Shown: one piece after another, positions 41,387-52,679 of the stretch
Position numbering within the stretch: position 1 is the first letter of the stretch
How the letters are laid out: every line of letters starts with the position of its first letter
From: Octopus vulgaris
Lineage: Eukaryota
Assembly (NCBI GenBank): GCA_951406725.2
Contig: OX597824.1
Coordinates: 93,620,001 to 93,684,000 of the forward strand
Direction: 5' to 3'
DNA: 64,000 nucleotides
Position numbers and translations under genes: made by a program
Notes under the pieces: generated by a model
Told to the model about the DNA's origin: nothing
Database searches by the model: none
The model's input: the letters and a program-made list of their open reading frames with translations, nothing else

Positions 41387-41454
41387 GAATAATAATAATA
41401 ATAATAATTAATAATAATAATGGTAATAATAATAATTATCATAATGATAATAAT

Positions 41455-41534
<80 letters not shown>

Positions 41535-41574
41535 GTAATAATAATAATGATAATAATAATAATAATAATAATAT

Positions 41575-41620
<46 letters not shown>

Positions 41621-41628
41621 TGATGATG

Positions 41629-41720
<92 letters not shown>

Positions 41721-42120
41721 AATAGTAATAATAGTAACAAATATTATGATAGTAAAGATGGCGGAGGTGATGATTTTTTTGTCGTTATCGCTGCTGCAGC
41801 TGCCATTGCTGCCGCTGTTGCTGCTGCTGCTGCTGCTGCCGCCGCCACTGCTCATGGTGGTGATAATGATGATATGACGATGACGATAAGGATTGTGACA
41901 ATGATTTTGATGGTGATGATGCTGATGATGATGATGAGGAGGAGGAGGAGGAAATGTGGAGTAGGCGGAGGGGGAGGAGGAGAGGAGCAGGAGAGGAGGA
42001 TGAGGATGACAATGATGAAGATGGTGTTGATGCCGGTGGTGATGGTGACGACAACAATAATGATGATAATGTGGGAGAGGAGAAGGAGGATAAGAATAAT
42101 TATAGTGATGAGCCAGATGT
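40642..42120. repeat. Extended trinucleotide field (GAA, TAA, TGA, GTT, ATT, AAT, GCT, GGA)
   Basis: Directly visible. Confidence 0.9.
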
Positions 42121-42318
42121 AGGAGAGGAGGAGGACGAGGGGGAGAAGAGCTTCTTCCATTTCCTTCTTTTTTATGCGAAACAAATGGATGCATTTCACT
42201 TGGAGACAACTCCAACCAGATTCAGAAGAACTCCTTTGCCTATATAAAATGAGAGAAAAGAGGATTGCATGATATATACACACAATATACTCACTATATT
42301 ATATATACACACAAGTTG

Positions 42319-42861
42319 AAAGCTGGCAGAATCGTTAGCGCGCCGGGCGAAATGCTTAGCGGTATTTCGTTTGCCATTACGTTCTGAGTTCAAATTCCGA
42401 CGAGGTCGACTTTGCTTCTCATTCTTTCCGGGTCGATTAAATAAGAACAAGTTACGCACTGGGGTCGATATAATCGACTTAATCCCTTTCTCTGTCCTTG
42501 TTTGTCCCCTCTATGTTTAGCCACTTGTGAACAATAAAGAAATATATATGTTATATACACACGGTGTACACACAAATACCAAGTTACACACCCATTCACA
42601 CAAGACCCTTAGCGGTATTTCGTCTGCCGCTACGTTCTGAGTTCAAATTCCGCAGAGGTCGTCTTTGCCTTTCATCCTTTCGGGGTCGATTAAATAAGTA
42701 GCAGTTACGCACTGGGGTCGATATAATCGACTTAATCCGTTTGTCTGTCCATGTTTGTCCCCTCTATGTTTAGCCACTTGTGGGCAATAAAGAAATATAT
42801 ATATTATATACACACGGTGTACACACACATGCTAGGTTACACAACCATCCAAACAAGACCC
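42319..42861 (+). mobile_element. SINE family C copy plus a 253-bp tandem duplication of its 3' part and downstream flank
   Basis: 42355-42607 and 42608-42861 both run CTTAGCGGTATTTCGT...AATAAAGAAATATATAT..TACACACGGTGTACACAC..CAAGACCC. Confidence 0.88.
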
Positions 42862-43679
42862 AAACAGATATATATACATGTGCCTTCGCGCGCGAGTGTG
42901 TGTGTGCGCGTGTGTGTGTGCGCGTGTGTGCGTGTGTGGTGGTTTAGGCTTGGTTGGTGAGTGTGTGGATGTGTTTGTATGTGTGTATCTGTGTGTGTGT
43001 TCTGGCAAACGTTCGGAACATTTGTGGATGTCTTTGCAGAATTCTCTACGCTACATTTGTATGTATTTATGTATGTCTACTTAGGACTTGCTTTTTAATT
43101 ATTCACAAATTACCGTAAAAGTCAGACAACTGGAATATGCATTAGATTTTTATGATAAGATAGCAATTAATTGTAACTTGTTAAAATTATAGCTGGGTAA
43201 TACAAAAAAGTGTGCAAATTTCTGGGGTAATAGATTTTGAACCACTTTCTAATCGGAAAAGAGGAGGCGCGGAACACGTGGAATAATGTATTACTCTTTA
43301 CTCTTTTACTTGTTTCAGTCATTTGACTGCGGCCATGCTAGAGCACCGCCTTTAGTCGAGCAAATCGACCCCGGGACTTATTCTTTGTAAGCCCAGTACT
43401 TATTCTATCGGTCTCTTTTGCCGAACCGCTAAGAGACGGGGACGTAAACACACCAGCATCGGTTGTCAAGCAATACTAAGGGGCCAAACACAGACACACA
43501 AACATATACACACACACTTATATAAATATACATATATACGACAGGCTTCTTTCAGTTTCCGTCTACCAAATCCACTCACAAGGCATTGGTCGGCCCGGGG
43601 CTATAGCAGAAGACACTTGCCCAAGATGCCACGTAGTGGGACTGAACCCGGAACCATGTGGTTGGTTAGCAAGCTACTT

Positions 43680-45912
43680 TATTTCAAAACATTTGCCATA
43701 AAGGCAGTACACAGATTAAGTTAGCTTTGCGGGCTGGACGAGGACATTAATGAGGTGAATGATAATGAAAGAAAGATGATAAGGATGGGAGAAGACAGAA
43801 AGCGCCCGCCGACTTTTGCTTCTCTAAAACATTGTTCTTTTTAAAAAAGATTAACACAAAACGAGGTATTAAACCTCTTACAATTTTTCCCAATTTTGGG
43901 TTTAGCAGTCCATTATTAATACAAAACGAGGTATTAATCCTCTTACAATTTTTCAATTTTTGGACTTAAGTCCATTACTAATAATACATATCGTCCTCGA
44001 AATAGCTTGTGCCCGCGCCCTCCACCATCAACCACGCCTCCCTCAGAACGTAGTCAAGTTCCGAGTTCGCGTCGCCCGGGACCAAGTTATAGTCTTCATT
44101 GAGCTCCTTTAGCCCTAGCGTCACGTCGAACGCCACGGCCTCCACAGCTACCTGCGGAGGCCATTCGGGGTCCTGTGTGAAGGCTAAAGGTGCTCCCTTG
44201 TAGTGCTCTTTCATCACTTTTTCAATTTCTCCTCCTCTATAGAAGAGGACCAATACATTCAGTTCTTTCGTTGGCGGCACAGTTTCCGCCAACGGTATTC
44301 CTTCTCTTGTCGGTGGCACAACCCCAACCGACGTAGTTCCGCGACATTCCGGTGCCACACTGACAGCCGGCAACGTCCCGTTTTTCTTCCTCTTTTTCTT
44401 TTTTTTTTCCCTTTTCAACTGAGGGAGGGTGCGTCTCCTCCGTGGCTGGAAGATTCGCCCTCCTCTCCTCATCCCTATTATCCTTTGGTGAGCACCCATT
44501 GTTGCTCACCTTCCTCTTTCGGCCTCTGCTTGAGGAGTCCTCTGCTTTCTCGGCCGTTATCGTTCCCTCTTCTAGAGGGGTTTTACTTAACTGTTCCGGG
44601 ATCCTATTTTGTTCCCGAGGACAGTTCTTCTTTATGTGGCCGGACTCCAAGCACCGATGACACTTAGGGGCGACCCTCAAGCATCACCGGGTACCTGCAC
44701 CCGGCCATTTTCAAAAAATCTGGAAAAACCAGATTGGCTGATTGGGTCCACAGGGTCAAAACTGCTTTCGAGCCAACCCAAGCAGCCGCAGGAAGAACTT
44801 TTACATTGAGGAGCTTAGTTTCGCTGTCACCCAGACCCCGGCGGATAGTCTCCTCTATCCACTCGGGTTCTATGTCGGGTGGCAGTCCGCAGATCCAAGC
44901 TTTCATTAATTTCTTTTTTTTGTAAGTGGGCAGGAATAAGATTTCCTTACCCTCCAAGGGTTCGCTAGCAAATTTGCAAGCCTCTTCAGGGGTGTCAAAC
45001 AGCAACCACACCGTTCCATATTTGACACCCCTGGAAATGAATTTAATTGTTGGCAAATACTCCTCCAACTCCTCCTCAATTGCCGTCTTTTCGAATAGGG
45101 CGATGGTGTCAAGTGCCTTGGAGTAGGTTCTCAACACCACCGTCCTATCTTCACGGTCCTTCAACCACTTTTTGGGTGGTATGATTTCCCACTCCAAAAC
45201 TTTGTTATTTTTCATTGCCATGTTTTTTAAAAAATATATTCAAATTAGACTCAAAAGCAGGAAGAAAAAAGTTCAAAAGTCTAAATAAATTTGATAGATT
45301 TTTGAAAAAACAAAAAGGAGAAAGCACAACAGAAGGGAAGAAATTAACGGAAAGTCGCAATAAAGAAAAAACAAAGGGGGGGGGTAAATGAAGTTCAAAA
45401 GAAAGTTAATAAACAGAAAAAACACAGCAAAAATATTCTGCGGTACTCCCGGCCTGGGTTGAACCTGGAACGCCGCAACTGCAACACAACCTCCACAAAA
45501 ATGGGTCCGAAAGGTAATCCAATAGTGGCTTATTTTTATACTTTTCTTGCGAAGTACTCTGACAAGGGAATAAATTCAGCAAACTCAAACACAGCACTGG
45601 TTACTGCCAACGGTAATTTTAACAGTAACTGTATTGAATCCTGAGTATACGCCCCTCCACTGTTTTTTCTTTTTTTTTTTTTCAATGAACACAAAAACGG
45701 CAGCCGCCTAGCGCAGGCGAAATTGTCTCAGAGTTGGACACAACCTACTGAAATAATAATTGGCACGCAATAAATTATGCCCAACTCACAATAAACAAAA
45801 TCACTTACCTCGACAACTTTCCGTTTTTGGTCTTTTTTCCTTTAGTTGGACAGAGCTTGTTACTCACGTCCGCTCTAGCTCAACAAGAAGCAACCGACTA
45901 ACTGCGCATGTC
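43680..45912 (-). mobile_element. ORF1-only non-autonomous L1/Tx1-like retroelement, 2233 bp, 17-bp TSD
   Basis: TSD TGGTTAGCAAGCTACTT at 43663-43679 and 45913-45929. ~690-bp 5'UTR, one gag-like reading frame, ~300-bp 3'UTR ending in AATAAA at the junction. No APE or RT coding sequence seen. Confidence 0.88.
43978..45221 (-). pseudogene. ORF1/gag-like nucleic-acid-binding protein (~413 aa when joined): RRM-like N-terminus, CX2CX4HX4C zinc knuckle, basic linker, acidic C-terminal region; two frameshifts
   Basis: Three overlapping ORFs: 44664..45221 (..GTVWLLFDTPEEA..KAWICGLPPDI..VMLEGRP), 44237..44680 (KCHRCLESGHIKKNCP) and 43978..44499. The shifts map to a C4 run at ~44667-44670 and probably an A10 run at 44399-44408. 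Confidence 0.8.
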
Positions 45913-47399
45913 TGGTTAGCAAGCTACTTACCACACAGCCACTCCTACATTATTACATAATGTATTATATTAAACTGTAGGATTAAAAATGCTGATTAAT
46001 AGTTTTATTTGAAGAGGGTACTAGAAAATGTAAGAATTTTAGTAAAAATTGATTTTTGCTTCCTTCATTTATGTAGTATATGATTGTCAGGATTTCCGAC
46101 GTGGCATTTGTCGGTGTGGAGATACTTATTAAATATTTCTGCTCTATGGCCATAGTTGCCAGGTTTATTAGAATTTTTAAATATGTGATATTTCTTAGCT
46201 GCATTATTAGCTGCAAAATTTTTCACAAATTTCGAAATGATTTGCAATACTCTACCATCTTTCACTTAGTTCTGAAATCAATAGAATGTTCTTTCAATCT
46301 CCAGAACTTAATGTCACTATTTCAGTGAAGGAAGAGTAACGATCACTACATTTATCTCGTCGTCAGAGTTTGTCGTAAGGAGATAAAGCATACACCTCAA
46401 AAGAGAAACCTCAATCATATACGGATTAAGTTTCCCACCAAAACAAAAAAAATATGTAGTCGTATAGTGTTTCGTTTTTGCGTTGTTCTAAAAGAAATAA
46501 AATTATATTTCGTTGTTTAAATATTCTTTCTACCATACTTACGTATTTAGCAGAATATCAAGGTTTGGTCTCGCAGGGGTAAATGTGACTTCATACACGT
46601 TTGTTTACAGGTTTTATGCATATTAAGGGATCGTGCATTTTTCCCTCTGCAAAAGAAGTTAACTCTATTTTTATGAGATATTTTATGTTGCTTTCATCCC
46701 TAAATGTGTACACAAACTCGCTATTTCTTTGTTCATAAATCCTGCATAGAAATGCATCCCACATGTTCACAATTCTCTTCTATTTTTTCATCTTAGCAAC
46801 TTTTCGTATTTTTCAAAACTTCTATGCTTTTCTTTTGACAAAGTATTAACGTCTGAAGAGTTAAGCCTTTTCTGTTGTCTTTTACTCATTAAACTAATAT
46901 AATATTTGTTATTAATTTGTTCCTGTTCTGTGTATGAATTTGTCTGTCATACGTTCATGTATGCATGTGAGTGTCTGTATACGTGTGATGTGTGTGTGTG
47001 TTCGTGTGTGTGTGTGTGTAGCCATAATTTCAAGCGCAAAATAGATGGGAACCTCTGCTGTCTACATTTACTAGCAATCTGAACTTACCACTGACAGCAA
47101 AAGAAAACAATATTAAGACTGTAAATGGTAACGCTATTTTAGATGTTCAAGTATGTTTACTGAAAATTTTGAGTTACCACGAAGAACTGCGAAACTATCT
47201 TCCCCGTTGTCAGTCTCCTCTCGTACCCTTATACCCATTCAAAAGTCTGTACTCCTGGATCCACCACGTGAATCGAACTTAACAGTGGGACGAGCTTTAC
47301 GTAACATCCAATGGCTTTCTTCTATACTCGGAATGTGTAACTCACTCATTGCTCGCCAATATGCATTCGAAGACGCACTTTGTGTATGTGTGAAAAAGG

Positions 47400-47619
47400 T
47401 AAGAAGGGGGGCTGAACATTTCCAGGCTTTAGGGAGTCGTGAAAGGCCTGGTTGAAGGCCCAACATTCTAAGTTCCTTTACTGGGCTTAGAAGAAATGAA
47501 GGACCACTGCAATAAGAGCGTGAATCTGAGAGGGAAATTTGTTGAATAAAATCATAATTAACTGTTCCGCCTGTATTTTCTTTTATCCAAAGCCATGACC
47601 TTTTCGGCACACCCTCATA
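47400..47619 (+). mobile_element. mariner-derived MITE (~220 bp), copy 1
   Basis: Degenerate TIRs TAAGAAGGGGGGCTGAACATTTCCAGGCTTT / AAAGCCATGACCTTTTCGGCACACCCTCATA. Collinear with 50861-51087. Confidence 0.8.
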
Positions 47620-47741
47620 TTAGAGCATATCTCATTCCGTCACTTCACAAAATAAATTACCTTCGTTGACAGGTATTGAATGTTCTTATATTTTGCCCTA
47701 CCTGTAAGTAAATTCCGTTTATGTGTGTTTGGTGTTTGTGC

Positions 47742-47792
<51 letters not shown>

Positions 47793-48685
47793 CATTCACA
47801 TACACACATACACACACATATATTTACATATATTAATCTCTGTTTTATTTCGAGTTATATCTTAAGAAAATTCAACATTAACTAATTCCTTAGTAAATTT
47901 TTGCAGAGAATTTTTAATATACCTTCATACTTACTTGCATACATACATGCACACATACATACATATACATAACTACATATATATACATATATGTGTATGT
48001 ATATATATATATATATATATATATTTGCATGAGGGAGACAGACAGAGAAAAGACGGGCAAACAGACAGACAGACAGAAAGATGCGGATAGGAAAGTGCGA
48101 AAACACTTGAGATAGACAGGTGGAAAGATAAACAGTGTGTCTGAATCCTATAAGACATATTTGTCAAATATTTAAACTCATGTCAGCAATGACAGCCGCC
48201 ATGTTGTATTGTAGATTTTATGTAATCTCACTGAATTGTTTATTTCCCTGGCGCCATGGAAATTATCTAGAAACACGGAGGAGAAAGAGGAGGAGGAGGA
48301 GGAGGAGGAGGAGGAGCGGGGGTGGGTGGTAGTATGAGATTATTGAATAATGTATAAAAATTGAAAGCCAAATCACTTCAAGCACACGTACTCTTCAAGT
48401 ACAGACACACCGTCACGCACACACATTACCTATTATTTCTTACCTGTTTCGGTATTTAGACTGTTGCCATGCTGCATTACTCCGTTGTCGAGGGGCGACT
48501 GACTTTGCTATTCGTGCTTTCGGGATCGATATAATATGTACCTGATGTGCACTGGCGTCGACGTAATCCACTTACGTTTCTCCTCTGACTTTCCTTGCCT
48601 TGTGCCGAATATTCCAAATGCGTCATCATCAGTATCATCATCATCGTCATCGTCGTTGTCGTAGTCGTCATCGTCAACGATATTA

Positions 48686-48740
<55 letters not shown>

Positions 48741-48741
<1 letters not shown>

Positions 48742-49299
48742 GAGCGAGAGAGCAGTACATGCCATCAAAGTGACATTGGGGTAAAATATACGAAGCCCAA
48801 TGTACCCATCGTGACTACTCGTGTGATAAAGGTACTCCAGGCACATGCATCACAACCATATGTGTGCGACACGGTGAACTCATATCAACATAAACAGCGA
48901 ATGACCTTGCAGTTGGGGCCCAGTTAGAATTTTCTTCAGGTGGAGTAACCCATCCCGCTCAAAAGGTCCCTGAATAAGGGTTGTTGAAGGATGTTGAACG
49001 AAACAGCTTTGCTTCCAAGGGTGAATTATCTAAACCCCAAAGAATTCCTTTCAACACACGGCTATGATGCTTCCCCTCTATTTCTGCTCGTAATCAGATA
49101 TGCACATATCGTCAGCCACTAAGGGACATGCTCAACTGGTTAAGGTCGAACAACTGACAAGCAAAGCTGTGGTATTGAGCAGAATATTTGCTGTAGCCCA
49201 TCTTTTATACTAAGACAAAACTATGTACATGATAACACTTCCAATCAGCTGAGATCAGAAGACACGAGAGACACTGCCTGGTACTGCATCACGGCATTT

Positions 49300-49300
<1 letters not shown>
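48741..49300. mobile_element. Unclassified ~560-bp element bounded by (ATT)n on both sides
   Basis: Sharp transitions from (ATT)n into complex sequence at 48741 and back at ~49302. No TIR, tRNA head or protein motif recognised. Confidence 0.5.
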
Positions 49301-49389
<89 letters not shown>

Positions 49390-49799
49390 TGTTGTTGTTG
49401 TAGTAAAGTCACTTTCGCGGAAGCTAGTGCAGAGTTGATGCAAGTACAAAAGCAAAATAAAATGTATTCCCTTTTTCTGAATCTCTACCTCGATGTTATT
49501 GAACCTCTAAATCTGCTGCTGCATCGACCATTGACACCGATTCCACACATCACCGCAACTACAACCCCCACCCCCCACGCACTCCCGCCAGCATCCAGCA
49601 TCACAATTAATTTACTATTCCCTTCGCTATCATTATCGTTGCCATCAACCTTAGCATCACAAGTAACACACATTTAAATTGGTAACATTAGCACCAATAA
49701 TTTCTCGGAAAAAACGAGTAAATTAAATCAGCGGCGCCATTGAAACATTGCATCTTGGCCGAGAATGCCAATATGGACGTTACCTTTTTATTTGTTACC

Positions 49800-49990
49800 A
49801 TGTCATTTGTTACAGTCAATGCGGCCATGCTGGGGCAACGCCATGAAATGTTTCGTCGAGGAAATACGAGCCAGATATTTATTAGTACGTCTGGCACCTA
49901 TTTTATCGGACATTTTTGACGAAAGGGAGAGTTGCGGGACCGTAAGCAGCCCAAAGGTATTTTCTAGCAGCGATGAGGGACAAACAAATT
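49800..49990 (-). mobile_element. Diverged 3' half of SINE family B
   Basis: TGCGGCCATGCTGGGGCAACGCC..GTCGAGGAAAT..GGCACCTATTTTATCGG..GAGGGACAAACA. Confidence 0.55.
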
Positions 49991-50076
49991 AACAAAAAGA
50001 CATACACTCGTACACACACGCACATACACACGCTCACACACAAGCACACACACACGCACACACACACGCATGTATG

Positions 50077-50119
<43 letters not shown>

Positions 50120-50124
<5 letters not shown>

Positions 50125-50415
50125 TTTGAGGGAATATTAATCAAAACCTGCAGGGCAACAATTTCAATTTAGAAATACTAAACAAAAATTTCCCACAATA
50201 TAATATATATATAAAATTATATATATAATATATATATTGGTAAAAACGGTCAGATAACAAAAGAATGAAAGAGACCTCGATATTATGTAAATAGAGGAAT
50301 TTATCTGTAAATATAATATGCGACAATTATTCGGTAGCCAAGATAAAACTGAGTTTCGGATGCCGAGGTGGGAATCCACAACACCATCGCTTCAGTTATC
50401 CGGCCATCCAGATAT
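50120..50415 (-). mobile_element. Possible Penelope-like terminal remnant between (TA)n and (TATC)n tracts
   Basis: Contains a hammerhead-like arrangement on the minus strand at ~50342-50401 followed by AT-rich sequence. Family assignment is inference. Confidence 0.35.
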
Positions 50416-50417
50416 CC

Positions 50418-50532
<115 letters not shown>

Positions 50533-50860
50533 TATGCAAAATGCTTAACCGTATTTGACCGTCTTTACGTTCTGAGTTCAAACTTAGCCAAGATTGACTT
50601 GGGGTTGATAACACTGGAGCTGATGTAATCAATTTGTCTCCTTCCCCGAAACTCCCTTGCGCCGTCCTCCAATCTACAATTTTTGAGAACATGCAACAGC
50701 TTGTCTTCGTATTTTAGTTTGGAAATAAGAGTAACGCGCACGACATTTTACAAGGTTATTGAACTTTAGAGGTGACGGCACGGAAAAAAGGTGTCTTAAA
50801 ATTACTTACAATAGATTGGATTCCACTAAAGGCATACAAGTTATTGTCTTGGCTGGAACA

Positions 50861-51087
50861 TACGAGGAAGTGCTGAAAAGACCCTGGCTTTAAGGGTATA
50901 ACGAAAGGTCCTTTTGGTGGCCCAAACCATCCGAGTTCTTTTACAGGGCTTAGAAAAACTGAAGGACCACTGCAATAAGTGTGTCAATCTGAGAGGGGAA
51001 TATGTTGAATAAAATCATAATTAACTAATCCTCCTGTATTTTCTTTCTTTTAAACAAAGCCAGGAACTTTTTCAACACCCATTCGTA
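50861..51087 (+). mobile_element. mariner-derived MITE (~227 bp), copy 2
   Basis: TACGAGGAAGTGCTGAAAAGACCCTGGCTTT / AAAGCCAGGAACTTTTTCAACACCCATTCGTA inverted termini with TA ends. The interior keeps a mariner C-terminal remnant (..GLEKLKDHCNKCVNLRGEYVE*). Confidence 0.85.
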
Positions 51088-51480
51088 TTTGAATACAATT
51101 CTTCTACATTCTGGAATGATCTGGGTCTCAATAACCAACATTACGACGATGTATATTCTTAAGACCATCACCAACATCTCCGCCATCATCGTTTTCATCT
51201 CCGACACCGACGCTTCAGCCATTATCAACGTTTCACCCCCCCCCCCCCACATAATTGGAACACCATTGCATCAGCATCGCCAACATGAAATACTATAATC
51301 GCTAGTACTACCCTGTACTGACACCAATATTACTAAACACTACACAAATCAAAACCGCTATGACTACCACAACCTCCTCACCAAACCCTACCAAGCCACT
51401 ACCACCGCTACATTCACCTTCATAACCACCACCGCCACTACTACTACTGCCAACATCATCGCCACCACTACCACAACAAC

Positions 51481-51525
<45 letters not shown>

Positions 51526-51629
51526 TAACATCACTAAAACCAGCAACACGACGAGGTAACAAAGAAGCAAGGCCAAGCCACTTGCTAGCGTCAATCAAAG
51601 CCGGAATCAAATGCTTCCATTAACAATCG

Positions 51630-51909
51630 GGCCTTCTCCTCTTCTCTCCCACCTTTCACACACTCCCTCTTCCTCTCTCCCTCTCACTCCTCCTCTCTAG
51701 CACTCTTCCTCCTCCTCTTTTTCTCTCTCTCTCTTACTTAAACCTGATTCTTGCCGTTATTCTCTCCTCTACGTATTCATATAAAGCCTCTATCTCTAAA
51801 CTCCTTTCTCTCTCCTTTATCTCCTGTCTCTCCCTGTCTCTCCCTCTCTCTCTATTTATCTATCTATCGCTGTCTCTCTTTCCATGTCTATCAGTCTGTC
51901 TGCTTTTCG

Positions 51910-51949
<40 letters not shown>

Positions 51950-52058
51950 GTTTCTATCTCACTCTGTCACTTTCTACTTATGCCTGTCTGTATGTCTCTC
52001 TCTGTCTCTCTCTGTCTCTGTCTCTCTGTCTCTCTGTCTTTGTCTCTCTCTATCTATC

Positions 52059-52119
<61 letters not shown>

Positions 52120-52414
52120 ATATCTTTCATTTTCTGCCTCTGCCTGTCTATATTTCCCTCTCTGTCTCTTTCTGTCTCTGCCTCTCTGTCTCTCTGTCTT
52201 TGTCTTTCCTTCTCTCCTTCTCTTTCACTATCCCCCTTTTATTTTCCTATTCTTTAACAAACCTATATATTCACGGCCAATCCAACTTTTTTTATTCATG
52301 CGCCGCAGCAAACGTCACTCTCCTTTTCTCCGCTCTCTCACGTTCACTGTGACTCTTTCATCTCCTTACTCCTTCATTCTGACTCTTACCTTCTTGTTCC
52401 CTCATCCGCTCTGT

Positions 52415-52460
<46 letters not shown>

Positions 52461-52635
52461 TACTCTCTTACCCTCTCTCTCCCTCTCTCTCTCGCTCTGA
52501 CTATTTCCCTACCCCATACCTTCCCCGCTACCAATCAAAGTTAATCTTTTCATCTTATTTTTTATCTGTTCATCTTCATTTTCCTCATACAACCTAAGAC
52601 TGACTCGTTGCATCTTCTCCCTTCATTTTCACACA

Positions 52636-52679
<44 letters not shown>

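Larger units (their letters stand above)
43291..45948 (-). mobile_element. SINE family B copy split by a 2.2-kb insertion (body 43291-43679, head remainder 45913-45948)
   Basis: Joining the two parts across the duplicated 17-mer restores a sequence collinear with 34436-34851. Confidence 0.92.

Noticed and set aside
43680-45912. Interpretation as an LTR-element gag or a processed host pseudogene
   Set aside because: There are no LTRs, PBS or PPT, and a 17-bp TSD is too long for an integrase. The RRM-like + CCHC layout fits non-LTR ORF1. A host zinc-knuckle retrocopy is less likely but not formally excluded without a database search.
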